A stretch of 64,000 nucleotides of DNA from Octopus vulgaris (GCA_951406725.2 OX597829.1:44392001-44456000), one strand, 5' to 3'; positions 28,744 to 43,180 are shown, numbered from the stretch's first letter. Notes: a model not told the origin generated them from the sequence alone. Made by a program: numbers and translations.

Positions 28744-28988
28744 GAGATGTACTCGCATAGCAAGTGACTTGATCTGAGATCGTTTGCTGGAACGAAAACA
28801 ATTGCAGTGTGGAAGGTGTTTGTAAGCCATTTAAGAAACACACAAAAGCCGTTCGATTCACTTCAACATTTAAGTTTAATTTGTCAAAATATTTTCCTCG
28901 CTTTCAGACCGAGAACTGTTCACTGACAAAAATCGAACGGATTTTGTGTTTCTTAAATGGCTTACAAACACCTTCCACGCTGCAATTA
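28741..28988. mobile_element. Fold-back pLTR-like element (G3:C8 hammerhead family)
   Basis: Arms ~28800-28858 and 28931-28988 are inverted around a degenerate HHR at 28880-28930 (-); flanked by (TA)n. Confidence 0.65.
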
Positions 28989-29103
28989 TATATATATATA
29001 CATGTCTGTATATATGTATATACGCACGTATATGTGTATATACATATATAAATGTATATTTGCACACACACATGTATGACTCTATGTTTGAATGTATGCA
29101 TGC

Positions 29104-29149
<46 letters not shown>

Positions 29150-29686
29150 GTGTGTGTCTGTGTCAGTGTCAGTGTGTGTACTTGTATGTATATCCGTATA
29201 TTCATGTACAAATATCTACATTAGTATATGGTTGCGTAAGTAGATTTTCTATTTTTCGAAGGAAGGTATTACCTCCTGCGTGCTCTCTCTCTCTCCCTCT
29301 CTCTCTCTCTCTCCTTCTCTCTCTCCCTCTCTCTCTCTCTCTCTTTCTCTCCCCCTCTCTCTCTCTCTCTCAAACACACACACACACGTATATTACAAGT
29401 ATATACACTTGTTTGTGAGTATATAGAAATATATATATATTCATATCATATGTACATGTATATATATATACACGCACACACTCACACAGGCACTCACACA
29501 CATGCACAATGTATATACACAAAATGCATACACACATACATATAATATATATATATATACGTGTGTGTATGTGTATTTGTGAATGTAAATACACGGCCAT
29601 AGAAGCAACATACAATATCTTAACTGCACACTCACACAGAAACGATCGCATGAAGGAAAGAATTACAGACGCACACCAAGAGATAC

Positions 29687-29744
<58 letters not shown>

Positions 29745-29778
29745 CACTCACTCTGTAGGTCCGCTCTGCAAGCAGACC

Positions 29779-29831
<53 letters not shown>

Positions 29832-30457
29832 CTTTAGACAAACGAACGCACGCACATACTTAGATATTTCTTAGTGTTTTTACGATTCGAGAAGCGCACG
29901 CTAATTCACATGCATTTTATATCGGTGCGCCTGTAATGCCATACTGCCGTGGAGAAGAAGGGAAGACCTTTTAAAGAGTAGTTTGTTATTAGGGGATGAA
30001 CAGGTGATATCGGAACCCTTTAAACACTGCTTTTCCACCATGATATCTAATCTGTCTTGACGTTAACAACTAGAAATTAGGAGTGAAAATGGCGGCGATT
30101 GTATATATATGTATATATATATATATATTTGTATGTGTATGTGTGAGAGAGAAACTCAGAGAAAGGGAGAGAGAGAGAAAGAGGGGGGAAATAGAAGAAA
30201 AAAGGCGTGGGTACAAGGATCTTTTCACATGACGGATCCACCCTCATTTTTATAGCAAGGGACGCCGAGAATTGGCGCTTCTCACATAAAACAGGGCATG
30301 CACAAAATAAAGAGAGAGACAGACAAGCAGGGAGGAAGAAAAGATAACACACACCCACCCAAAACAAAAAACACACACACACACACACAAACACATACAC
30401 ACACACACACACACACAAACACACAAACACACACACACAAACACACACACATACACA

Positions 30458-30500
<43 letters not shown>

Positions 30501-30830
30501 TCACGCACACACACACACAAACTGACAGAAATACGCGTATACGTAAGGATACTGTCACATTTCACTTTTTATGACCGCTAGTCGTTCCTACTGTTACAAT
30601 CAACAACACAGTCGTTACTTTTATACACATTTGAAAAACAACAACAACAACAACAACAACTACTACTACCAAGAATAACACAACGATATTAACAACTGCC
30701 GAAGCAATAAATTAACACACCACATTAACAACAGTAATAAGCATCAATAACCGAAATTCAGTAACAACAACAATAACGGTTGTTTCTAAAAGGGACACAC
30801 GGGCTAAGAAGTTTGTAAGTTTACTTAGCT

Positions 30831-31531
30831 CTATGCTTCTCAACCGGTATTCATATGGCCCATGGCGTCCATATTGAGATATTTTATTTTTTGGTAAAAA
30901 TTTATCTGCAATAGATTGATTATACTACTATGATGCGCAAAATATTTTAGCATTTTATTTTATATAATTCCTAATACTATTTAATTATTATTTTATTTTT
31001 GGATCTTTTCGGTTTGAACGGCAGTTTTAAACATAATTTCTAGGTAACTAAAAAATTTTAACTTCGTATACTGATAGAATGTGTTTATAAAACATCTTTT
31101 TCTCTTGGCTTTATTGAGAAGATTCTATAGTTTGTAAGATATTTGTTGTTGTTTTTTCTTCAATTTCTGCAATTTCAACCAATCAATGATCGTCTATTGA
31201 GGTGAAAACATTATGTGCCGTATGAATATGTCCCTCATTTAAGATTGGGTTTATTTACATTTCTGAAGAAAAAAGGATACCCTTCCACCACCCCTAACCC
31301 TAACTAACCCTAATTCTAATCCTAACCCTAAAATAGATTGAAATGCAATAGATCGATACTAGGGTCATAATTATGGGTGACAATTTCATATGACACCGCT
31401 AGTAAAAACTGCCGTTCAAACCGAAAAGATCCTTATTTTTTAAACATCGAATGGCTACAGGAGTCCATACGAGTGAAATAGAAATTAAAGGGGTCCATAG
31501 GTAAAATTTTAAAAATGGTTGAAAAACACTG
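30831..31531. mobile_element. hAT-like MITE (degenerate) hosting a nested TIR element
   Basis: Ends CTATGCTTCTCAACC / GGTTGAAAAACACTG resemble hAT-Charlie type TIRs; no clean TSD. Confidence 0.55.
31001..31432. mobile_element. Non-autonomous DNA transposon with perfect 28-bp TIRs and internal (CCCTAA)-like repeats
   Basis: GGATCTTTTCGGTTTGAACGGCAGTTTT at 31001-31028 and its exact reverse complement at 31405-31432. Confidence 0.88.
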
Positions 31532-31764
31532 ATTTTTATCGATCAAAATGTCTGACTTGTACTTTATTTTATCAACCCTAGGAGGGCTGAGGCTCAGAAT
31601 GTACTTCGACTGGATTTGAATTCAGAAAGTACAAAAAGAAAAAAGGATGAACAAATACTTACATGGTAATCTGTCCGAGGGGATAACGCTTTTATCATTT
31701 GTCCCGACTATGAAACATTAACATAAAACAGTTTCGGCATCCACAACAGCCATATCAAAGATTT

Positions 31765-31981
31765 TATTCTTTTACTTGTTTCAGTCATTTAACTGCGGCC
31801 ATGCTGGAGCACCACCTTTAGTCGAGCGAATCGACCCCAGGACTTATTCTTGTAAGCCTATTACTTATTCTATCGGTCTCCCTTGCCGAACCGCTAAGTG
31901 ACGGGGACGTAAACACACCAGCATCGGTTGTCAAGCGATGTTGGGGGGACAAATACAGACAAACATACACACACACACACG

Positions 31982-32039
<58 letters not shown>

Positions 32040-32202
32040 CGACGGGCTTCTTTCAGTTTCCGTCTACCAAATCCACCCACAAGCCCTGGTCGGCACGAGG
32101 CTATAGTAGAAGACACTTGCCTAAGGTGCCACGCAGTGGGACTGAACCCGGAACCGTGTGGTTGGTAAACAAGCTACTTACCACACAGCCACACCTGCGC
32201 CT
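31765..32202 (-). mobile_element. SINE family B, full length
   Basis: Similarity to the 22749 copy. Confidence 0.9.
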
Positions 32203-33043
32203 ATGATATTCTTTTATTTTATTTTATTATAGGAACAAGACCTGAAATATTGTAAGAGGGTGGATAGTCGAGTATCTCCATACCAGTGTTTAACTTGACA
32301 TTTTTTTTTATCTACCGCGCAAGGACGAAAGGCGAAAATCGACCTCGGTGTCATTTGAACTCAGAACGTAAAGAGTTCGAAGAAATGCTGCGAAGCAGTT
32401 TGGCTAACGATTCTGATAGATCAGCCCACCCCAACTTCTTAAAAATTTTAGAGTAAAGTTATGAAGCTGATTATAGAGATGATAAATATAACAAATAGCA
32501 TGTGAATGATTACGATAGACCGAATCAGTATGGAAGCATGTTGTATATGAAATTAATTAATTAATTAATTAAAAACGGTTTTCAATGTTCGCGGCAAATT
32601 TGAGCTTGAAAATAAAAAGTACTGTCGCACTTCGCAAGGAAATTTCTATTGAAAAAAGACGTTTTAGATTTTGAAATCAGAGCTGTTACTGCAAGCAATT
32701 GGCTTGTTTTATTCTTCAAACTTGACAAAAGTGTAAGTATATTTTTCTTCAACATACACGAAAAAGCCGAATGACAAATTAAATATCCATTGCATGACGC
32801 CCCTTGGAAACCACTGATCTATTGTTTTGCTTGATAAGCAACAGACAGCAGCCAAATTCCTCTCGTCTTTAAAAGCAGCGGGTAAATGAAAAAATGAAAA
32901 AAAAAACAATATAGTTTCAGGTATAAAAATATCTATATAATTAAGACATGATAGCCACAACTGGAATGGTTTTGATTGTAAGTGTGTTTATTCAGGGTAC
33001 CGCTAAGAGGAACAACAACAATGTGTACGCGCGCGCGAGTTTG

Positions 33044-33312
33044 TGTGAAGGCGCATAGTTCATTGGTTAGAGCGTTGGGTTTACACTCCTGAGTGTGTGC
33101 TATATTTGTGAGCAAGACACTTTATTTCACGTTGCTCCAGTTCGCTCATCTTTAGAAATGAGTTGCGACTCAATGGTGCCAAGTTGTATCTGCTGTTGCC
33201 TTTCCCTTGGATAACATCAGTGGTGTGGAGAGGGGAGGCTGGTTTGCATGGGCGACTGCAGGTCTTCCATAAACTAATTTGCCCGGACTTGTGCCTCGGA
33301 GGGTAAGCATTT
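33044..33312 (+). mobile_element. SINE family C
   Basis: Reverse-complement homologue of 4363-4693. Confidence 0.78.
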
Positions 33313-33751
33313 TTTATAGCCTTATATGTACTTCGAGATCGAGATTAAAATAGAATGTATGCATATGTGTGTGAGCGTGAGTGTGTATGCATAGGTGTGT
33401 GTATATGTGTTTTTGTGTGTGTCTGTATGTGTGTATGTGGATATAGGCATATATACATGTGCATGCATAAACTATATCATAATTCACATTAGTGTGAGTT
33501 TGTTGATGGGAGGTTGTATGTTTCCTTGTATGTGTACACATGCTCATAAAAATTTATATTTGTGCGTATATGCTCTGAGACAAATATGTTGAGCATACGT
33601 ATTTATATTTTTAATTAATTGACTATGTCGTGCGCGAATATGAGTGTGTATGTGTGTGTGTGTGTGAATATATATATATATATTTATATATATATATGGG
33701 AGGGATGCATTTTATGTATGTGTGAATGTTTATATGTGCGGGTATATGTAT

Positions 33752-34140
33752 GAGAACAGCCCATGTCATTAAAGTGACATTGGGGTATAAATATACGAAT
33801 TCCAATATACCCGTCATGTCTACGCATGTATTAAGGGTACACCAAGCAAATGCATCACAATCATATGTACATAACATATCAAGATTGTTATCAAGATTAA
33901 CAAGATTAATCTTGATTAACAAGATTGTTATCAAGATTAATCTCATATCAAGATTAACAGCGTATGACCTTACTGGTGGGACCCGACTAGAATTTTTTTC
34001 CAAGTCGAGTAGTCCATCTCGTTCAAAAGATCCCTGAATTAAGATTGTTTAAGGATGATGAACGAAACACCCATGTTTTCAGAGGTGAGTTATTCAAACC
34101 CAAAACAATTCCTTTCAACACATAGTTATGATACTCCCTT
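33752..34140 (+). repeat. Unclassified interspersed repeat (second copy 52044-52512 on -), with an internal ATCAAGATT tandem expansion
   Basis: Two diverged copies in the window in opposite orientation. Confidence 0.7.
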
Positions 34141-34257
34141 ATTATATATCTCGTAACAAATATAGAACAACAGTTCTAGTGTCCCAGACAAGGACAGGAA
34201 GGAGACCAGGCTGAATTCTTGTAAATTTATTTTACTGGCAAATTGTCTTTGCTAGAG

Positions 34258-34324
<67 letters not shown>

Positions 34325-34539
34325 CTCGCCCACTCTGTTTCTCTTTCTCTCTCCCTGTCTTCCTCTCTCGCTCTCTCCCTGTCTTCCTCTCTCTCACTCT
34401 CTCTCTCTCATGTCAATCTCCTTTTTTCCTCTATTATGCATAATATCTTGCTCTTTCGCAGTCTCTCTCTCATTACGTTTCTCCCACTTTCTCTCCTGCT
34501 CAGTATGTCTGTCTATCTATTTTTCAATTGTATTGTTAA

Positions 34540-35095
34540 CTAGCAGTATAATTCGGCCTTGTCCGGAATTAAGTTACGATTACTAAGCTAATCAAGTTCT
34601 TTATTTCAAACCAAACTAAGTAATATCGACGTCAAATTTGGGCGAAATCCGTTGAAATTGGTTATATTATATATATATTATATATATATAATATGATATA
34701 ACATAAATATATATGGGCAACAGATACGAACACACATACACACACGTACGTACACCTATTGCATGTTTTGTGCACGCATACATGTTCATAAACAGAAATG
34801 AATGGAAAAATGTTGTTAAATTTGTAGATTAACACTCGCACGATTTTCACTTAGAAAATAAATCTGATTTTTTGCGTGGAATCAACTGCTCTGGCCTTCT
34901 AATATGCTACAAAACTCTTTTCGTAGTCCGTGAAACGGAGTGAGGTGTGGTGGAAGCCTCGCAAATTGTGTAATTCACTGACAAATTGTTACCCACCTCT
35001 TTGTTCCTTTGTTGTTAAATAAATGGATTCTCAACAAAACACTTTTTACTCGGCGTAAAATAAAAACAAAACTCTTTCGCACCCAAAGTAATGTG

Positions 35096-35140
<45 letters not shown>

Positions 35141-35683
35141 AGAAAGATGAACCATTTAAAATAAATAAAGGATTTAAAATAAATATATTGTAATTGTTGT
35201 GTGAGAAAGTATATATATACTATGAATATAAAATATAGTGCCTTTCAAAAACATCCTGAATTTGAACACTATATCTCGTGTTTAAGAAAAAACAAAACAT
35301 TTTACATTTTATTTTTTATGAACGTCATCACTTACTCTCTCTTTCTGCCTCTCTCACTTTGTCTTTCCCTTTTTTTTTTTTGTTTAGACGCTGTGAAAAT
35401 CTCTTCTACTTTTCTTTATCTTTTTTTTTTTTTTTTGTTAGACGCCGTCAAAAAGCTATGGCTGAAAATAGATTTTTACCGCTAAAAGCTATGGCTGAAA
35501 ATAGATTTTTACCGCAATCCGCGGGTGCCTCGGGGAAAAAAAATGACAAAACCCAGATAGGATGTTGACAAATATCCTCCTAAAATTTGGGTGACATGCG
35601 TGCTAATTTGTGGATGGGCATAAACTACAATCACGTACACACACACACACACACACACATCTTACCTTATATATATATACAGA
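34540..35683 (-). mobile_element. Probable larger, older non-autonomous Helitron
   Basis: A|CTAGCAGTAT plus a degenerate hairpin at the left end and TTATATATATATACAGA|T at the right end, mirroring the termini of the other Helitrons. Confidence 0.5.
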
Positions 35684-35760
35684 TTATGACTCCAAAAGAA
35701 CACACACAAGTAGATCCACCTATATAACTGAGTGTATGTGTGCCTGTACGTGTGAGATAT

Positions 35761-35794
<34 letters not shown>

Positions 35795-35795
<1 letters not shown>

Positions 35796-36001
35796 CTCTT
35801 TTACTCTCTTTTACGCTTTTACTTGTTTCAGTCATTTGACTGCGGCCATGTTGGAGCACCGCCTTTAGTCGAGCAAATCGACCCCGGGACTTATTCTTTG
35901 TAAGCCCAGTACTTATTATATCGGTCTCTTTTGCCGAACTGCTAAGTGACGGGGACATAAACTGACCAGCAGGGACAAACACACAAACATACATGCACAC
36001 A

Positions 36002-36083
<82 letters not shown>

Positions 36084-36232
36084 TACGACGGGCTTCTTTC
36101 AGTTTCCGTCTACCAAATCCACTCACAAGGCTTTGGTCGGCCCGAGGCTATAGCAGAAGACACTTGCCCAAGGTCTGAAACCCGAACCATGTGGTTGGTA
36201 ATCAAGCTACTCACCACACATCCACTCCTGCG

Positions 36233-36233
<1 letters not shown>
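35795..36233 (-). mobile_element. SINE family B with internal deletions
   Basis: Similarity to the other copies. Confidence 0.87.
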
Positions 36234-36287
<54 letters not shown>

Positions 36288-36359
36288 CCATATTGAATCG
36301 CTAGCTTCTGCACGCATTTTTTTCTATCCTTGTTTCTCTCCGTGTTTCTTTTCTGTGTA

Positions 36360-36397
36360 TCTTTCTGTTGAAGAGCGTAGGCTCGAAACGTAAAAGA
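36360..36397 (+). ncRNA. Ultra-minimal hammerhead-like motif (CUGUUGA core, ACGU stem III)
   Basis: TCTTT-CTGTTGA-A-GAGC(GTAG)GCTC-GAA-ACGT-A-AAAGA, in a ~210-bp element (36287-36497) between (TA)n tracts. Confidence 0.55.
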
Positions 36398-36492
36398 CTT
36401 GTTTTATTTATATTCCTGAGCGCCATACTAATACAATTGTTTGTTTGTACTCCACCTGCCTTCGTCTTTTGTTTAATTTCATAAAGCTTCCC

Positions 36493-36556
<64 letters not shown>

Positions 36557-36630
36557 TATATGTAGGTCCCGGGTTGAGTCGGGGTTAACCACAGTAAATA
36601 AGGTACTCAATACATAGCAGAGTAAATTAA

Positions 36631-36760
36631 TTTATTTTATAGAAGGAGCTTCTACAGGACTAGAACTGTTTCATTCAAAAGAAATCATCAGGAAGCTTCC
36701 TGATGATTTCTTTTGAATGAAACAGTTCTAGTCCTGTAGAAGCTCCTTCTATAAAATAAA
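36631..36760. ncRNA. Perfect 130-bp palindrome encoding a type-I hammerhead on each strand (+ 36694-36744; - 36647-36697)
   Basis: AGCTTC-CTGATGA-tTTC(TTTT)GAAt-GAA-ACAG(TTCTAGTC)CTGT-A-GAAGCT; the palindrome centre is GGAAG|CTTCC. Confidence 0.85.
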
Positions 36761-36815
<55 letters not shown>

Positions 36816-37053
36816 ATATATTCTTTTATTCTTACACTTGCTTCAATCATTTTACTGCGGCTATATTGGAGCACCGCCTTTAATCGAGCAAATCACCCCA
36901 AAACTTATTCTTCGTAAGCCTCGTATTTATTTTATCGGACTCTTTTACCGAACCACTAAGTTACGGGAACGTAAACACACCAGCATCAAGCGCTGTTGTG
37001 GGGACAAGCACAAAGGCACAAACAAACACACGCACACATACTTTGCGTGTGTA

Positions 37054-37107
<54 letters not shown>

Positions 37108-37572
37108 AATTTGGAGGGATATACAACACGGCTCTCAATTAAGTTCCAGTTAACAGCTAACCACTTCGATCAGTATTTAAAGTATTGTGACTACTGTTTG
37201 TCGCTAGTCACACTGTGAATTCTTCCGGTGTGTAATTCAGTGTACGCTTCGCTGGATGGTAAAAATTGTCTGGAGTAGATGTTAATATCAGTAATTAAAT
37301 GTATGGAGACTTGTCCATACACAAAATTTAATTTACAATTTTATACTGCTTTTTATAATATGCAGTATAAAATTATATAATATAATATGCATTATAAAAT
37401 CATAGAATAAATTTTAGGATGAACAAATCTCTATACTCCGTATTATTAAGAATTTTGTACATATATATATAAATAACGGGAAAGTTTACGAAAATAAACA
37501 AAAGACGAAGGCAGGTGGAGTACAAACAAACAAATATATTAGTATAGCGCTCAGAAATAGAAATAGAAAAAG

Positions 37573-37610
37573 TCTTTTACGTTTCGAGCCTACGCTCTTC
37601 GACAGAAAGA
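37573..37610 (-). ncRNA. Second copy of the ultra-minimal hammerhead-like motif (CUGUCGA core)
   Basis: Element 37473-37676 is the inverted, diverged sibling of 36287-36497; the 38-nt motif differs at only one position. Confidence 0.55.
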
Positions 37611-37682
37611 TACACAGAAAAGAAACAAGGAGAGAAAAAAATGCGTGTAGGAGCTAACGATCTATCATGGCGTCCTGACTTT

Positions 37683-37755
<73 letters not shown>

Positions 37756-38074
37756 GAAATAAGAACAATAATAGCCAAGTGAAGAACGAATTTACGGTAT
37801 ATATATATATATGCCGTATGGAAACAAACAAGTATGAGTATATTTTCGAAGCGTTGAAATGTATTGTACAACAAGTAGAAAGATAAATTTTATTCAACGC
37901 ATAGATACTGAACAGTATATATATATAAAGGTTAAAATCATTTTTTCCTCCTAAAAGTCACGCAAACACCCGCATATGAACGTGTTACATGCAAGCATTT
38001 ATACATGCAAACATTTTTACATGCACATATGCATGCAAGCAGCCATGAATGTGTATATATATATATATATATGA

Positions 38075-38115
<41 letters not shown>

Positions 38116-39446
38116 TTTTTGGGACCAGTGGGTATATATCAATTAGTGCTTTGAGTATGGCACCTAAATATATATATATATTCTGTGTAATGCCCGTATG
38201 TTAAATCACCGCATAAAACCTCCATATGTTCAGAATAATAATAAGACCCATCTCACAGTCAAACTGTAATTAGGCCTGCAACATTGTGAGACACAGATAG
38301 AGAGACAGAGAAACGTTCACTAACATATAAATGGCAGGCAGGTCTACGAGGCGGGAGGAAAAGATTTTTAATTCAGATAGGTATGCAATTACTGGGCTCA
38401 GCATCCATCGAAAACAAGGAATGACACCATCTGCTCCAGAATGTTTGCAACTCTAGGCACACGAGTTTAACGACGCTTGAGCCGAAAACAATTTCGCTTG
38501 ATTTTATTTAGCATCTCGACTTCCCAAAGATGCGTCGTCACATGTGTAGAAATGCACGTACGCCATTTTTTTCTCTTCCCTTTTACCCTTTTTTTGTAAA
38601 ATAATAGACTGTAAAATGACACTGTTATTATTGTTTGAACTGGAAAAAAAAAAACGTGTAATAAATTTTTATACACATACACAGACAAAATTACACACAC
38701 ATATACACATAAATACATGTACGTAAATACAAACATACGCAATCAGTCACGCAAACACCCGCATATGAATGTGATACATGCAAGCATATACATATATGCA
38801 CATATGCATGCATGTAGCCAAGAATGTGCATATATGTGTGTGTGTGTGTCTGTGTGTATGTATGTGTGTGTGTGAGTGTGTAATTTTTTTGGACCAATGG
38901 GTAGTGTTGGTGTGATTACGTCCCCGTAATCAAGTGGTTCGGCTAAAGATATCAATAGAATAAGTACTAGGCTTTAAAAAAGTAGGTCCTGTGATCGACC
39001 AAAGCCCTTGAAGGTAGTGCTCCAGCATGGCTGCAGTAAGAATGGCAGAAAAAAGTAAAAGAATAAAACAGCAAAAGAACATGTATATATGTGGGTGTGT
39101 GCGCGTGTATATGTGTGGGTAAATTTGTGTGAGTGTATGCAAACATATTTTTTTCATCTTGTAACTTTTACTCTTTTCTTTGTTTCAGTCATTTCACTGC
39201 GGCCATGCTGGAGCACCGCCTTTAGTCGAACAATTCGAACACAGGACTTATTCTTTGTAAGACAAGTACTTATTCTATCGGTCCCTTTTGCCAAACAGCT
39301 ACATTACGGAGGACGCAATCAAACCAACACCAGTTGTCAGTTGTTAGCGGTGGTAGGGGACAAGCACATACACGAAGACACACACTCACAGACAGATACA
39401 CACACACACACGCACACACACATAAAATTATACACACATACACATC

Positions 39447-39478
<32 letters not shown>

Positions 39479-39730
39479 CAAAAATTTTATAATTATGAGC
39501 ATAATTATAATTATAACTTCCATTTCTAAATTCCGGTATGTGGTGAAGCAAATTTTGCTGAACCCTAATTATAATTATACTTATAATTATAATTATAGAA
39601 TTTTTGTATAAGTTTACCGATAATAGTTCTTTTTACATACCGAACTACTTGGTAAAATTATTAATTATTAATTGATTAATTAATCTTACCCTTTATTATT
39701 ATTGGTCTACACATATATATATTATTATTG

Positions 39731-39839
<109 letters not shown>

Positions 39840-41025
39840 TACACACACATCTATCTATATATTTGTATATAAACAGCGGGCTTCTTTCAGTTTCCGTCCA
39901 ACCCTTTGTCAATCCGGGGCGAGGGAACTGTGCCACGCAAGCGAACTGGACCAAAAACCATGTGGTTAAGAAGCAGCCGATTTACCATACAATCATTCCT
40001 GTACCTATGATATATATGTGTTACTTTATGTATTTGCTTTAGTTACTGGATAGCGGCCATGCCTGCGTACCGCTTTGAAGAGTTTAGTCAAACAGAGCAA
40101 GCCCCAGCACTTTTTTAAAATCTAGTATATATTCGGTCTATTGGTAAATTACGGGGACATAAACATTTATTTGATTCTAGTAATTTCTAAGAACACATAT
40201 CTTACATGTTTTACCGACATGTACAGTTCTGTAATACGCACAGTCGCACACATGCACGCGCACATACACACATGCACACATATGCACACACACATACACA
40301 CACACGCACACCCACATACACATACACATGCACACACATCCTCATACACGCAAACACACACACACACACATATTCACACACACACACACACACACACATA
40401 TAAATTCACTCTGAATTAAACAACTTGTGGATCTCTTTGAAACCGTTGTGTTTGCATGAATTTTCGAAAAATATTAATTTCCTTATTTTCTTAAGCTAAA
40501 CGTTTGTTGAAACAAAAGAAACAACTGTCGGCAAAGTAAGTTACATTCTACGATTAAAGATGGATTTTTTTCCATTCGTATTTTTCTTGTCTAATACTCT
40601 GAATTTCTCAAAATTCTTCTAAATATTTGTATCTATATATCATACAGGAAGAATTACTTTGGATGTGTATTCTACTTGCAGATATTGGTATCTGATTGTT
40701 GAATATAGTTGGATATTTTAATCAGTTTTCTTATTCTCTCAGGCTCTTTCACTGTACCGTTAAGTTATGGGGACATAAACGCACCAACACCGGTTGTCAA
40801 GCGGTGGTGGGTGACAAACAAAGACAGAAACAAGCACACACACAAAAATGCGTTAATGTATACGACATGCTTCTTCCAACTTCCTTCTATCAAACGAAAC
40901 TACTAGTTATTGGTTGGGCCAAAGCTATAGAGGAAGACACTTGCCCAATATGCCATGGAGTGAGAGTTAACCCGGGTCCATGAAGTTGGGAAGCAAGCTT
41001 CGTACCATGCAGCCATAGCCACACC

Positions 41026-42220
41026 TACGAGGTGATATCAAAAGTTTCTCGCGCCAACAGATAACAGTACACGGTTGCGTGCGCAGTGAGAACTAGCAGT
41101 GACTTTCATGAGGCCATGTGCCGAGACACATCGCTGTTGTGAAATTCGTGTTTTTATGGTCACATGTATGCTGTAGTCTTCGATTTTGTCATGGACAGGA
41201 ACAAAGAGCCAACGTGAGATTTTGCGTTAAATTTGAGAAGTCTGCTACAGAGACATTGAGCATGCTTCGGCAACTTTACGGCAAAGAGGCAATAGGGAGT
41301 ACGTGATGTTTCGAGTGGCAACGGCGCTTCACAAGCAGAAGAACGTCATTGGAAAACGATGAGCGATCTGCCACGGGCGTTACCCCCGGAAGTGTGGAGA
41401 AAATTCATCAGCTTGTGTATGAGAACACTCGGAGGAGAAACAGTGACATCGCTGATGCTGTTGGTCAGTCGTATGGGTCCGTGCAGGCAATCCTAACATC
41501 TGAATTGAAAATGCGGCGTGTTTTGCTGAGTTTGTCCCCCACCTGCTGAACACTGAGCAGAAAGAACATCACGTCGAAGTCTGTCAAGATTTGCGTCAGC
41601 ATACCGCTGATGTCCCATCCTTCATGCCGAAGATCATCACCGTTATCGAGAGTTGGGTCTGTGAGTACGACCCGGGGCGTCACAAGAGAAGAGCACCTCA
41701 TCTACACGACCAAAGAAGGCATGACAGAGCTGCAACTCAATCAAAAGCATGCTTAGCGATTAATTTTTTTTTTCGACATCCGAGGTATTGTGCATCGCGA
41801 ATTCGTCCTCCAGGGCCAGACCGTCAATTGACAGTTCTACAGCGACGTTTTGAAGTGTTTCAGGAAGGACATTTGGTGAAAGCAATCGGATCTGGGGAGA
41901 GTGAAGAATTAAATTTTTCACCGAGCTCTCCTCGTGATTTTCTCGCCAAAAACAACATCGTGTCCTTGCTGATCTACATATTTTCCCCAAGTTGAAAATG
42001 CAGCTCAAAGGTCGCCGTTTTAACACTTTTGTCGAGATCAAGAGCAAGTGGCAGAAGGTCCTCAACTTGCTTACGGAAAACAACTTCCAGGCGGGATCGC
42101 AAAAGTGGCAGGAATGCTGGGACTGATGTACTGTTGCGCAAGGTGACTATTTTAGAAGGTAAATATGTTATTTATTTTATCAAACCTAACTAGCCCGGAA
42201 ATGTTTTGATACCACTTATA
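41026..42220 (+). mobile_element. Near full-length decayed mariner transposon
   Basis: TIRs TACGAGGTGATATCAAAA / TTTTGATACCACTTATA; peptides EQRANVRFCVKFEKSATET, ITVIESWVCEYDP, HREFVLQGQTVN, FPKLKMQLKGRRF, AQGDYF. Confidence 0.9.
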
Positions 42221-42294
42221 TCAGAATACAAATGATAGTTTCCCTGTTTCTAAGAAGGCCAAACGTATATGTTAAAGTTCTTAATGTTTTCTCG

Positions 42295-42346
42295 CTACTA
42301 GTAAGAGTCATTTGGGGTACCGCCATTGACGAAACGCAGAGTAGTT
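42295..42346 (+). ncRNA. Degenerate hammerhead-like motif
   Basis: ..AAGA-GTCA(..)TGAC-GAAAC-GCAGA-GTA; the 5' core is corrupted; enclosed by TCCCTGTTT/AAACAGGGA. Confidence 0.35.
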
Positions 42347-42556
42347 AAACAGGGACAACTTAAGAAGGGGAATATTCTTTATGTTGTATGTCTCGTTTCT
42401 CTGTTTTTTCCTTGTTCGAGAAAAAGTTAGTTTCTACGTTTTACTTTTTGTTTCCGTTTCTCATTGTGTTCAACGTTTTTTTGACATCCTGTACCTATAT
42501 ATGCATGTATATATACATATATATGTAAGTATGTACATATATGTATATATATATTT

Positions 42557-42587
<31 letters not shown>

Positions 42588-42677
42588 TAAATATATATAT
42601 ATATATATGTATGTATATATGTGTGTGTGTGTATGTGTATATATATATACATATATATATATATACATATGTATATA

Positions 42678-42772
<95 letters not shown>

Positions 42773-42775
42773 GTG

Positions 42776-42838
<63 letters not shown>

Positions 42839-43180
42839 TATATATTATATGGATCACGTGTATGTATGGCTGCGTGTGAGTGTGTACGAAAGGAGAGAAA
42901 GAGATGCATATGCGTCAGGGTGTATTCATGTTAGTTTGTGTTTGCGTATGCTTATTACATGTAACCGTGCCTAATTCTTTAGTATGCAATATGTATTGAT
43001 TGATTGATTGATTCCAGTTTCAGCTTATGAGCTGTGGCCATGCTGGGGCACCGCCATTTAAATTCGAAATTCGAAATTCGAAATTTTGCCTGTCTTTTCA
43101 CCATAGCACATGTGTGTGTATGTGTGTGTGTGCGAGTGTGTGTATGTGTCTGTGTGTGTCAAAGAGCGAGAGAGACAGAA

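Noticed and set aside
31292-31331. Telomeric repeat as evidence of a chromosome end or fusion
   Set aside because: Short, degenerate and enclosed within a TIR element.
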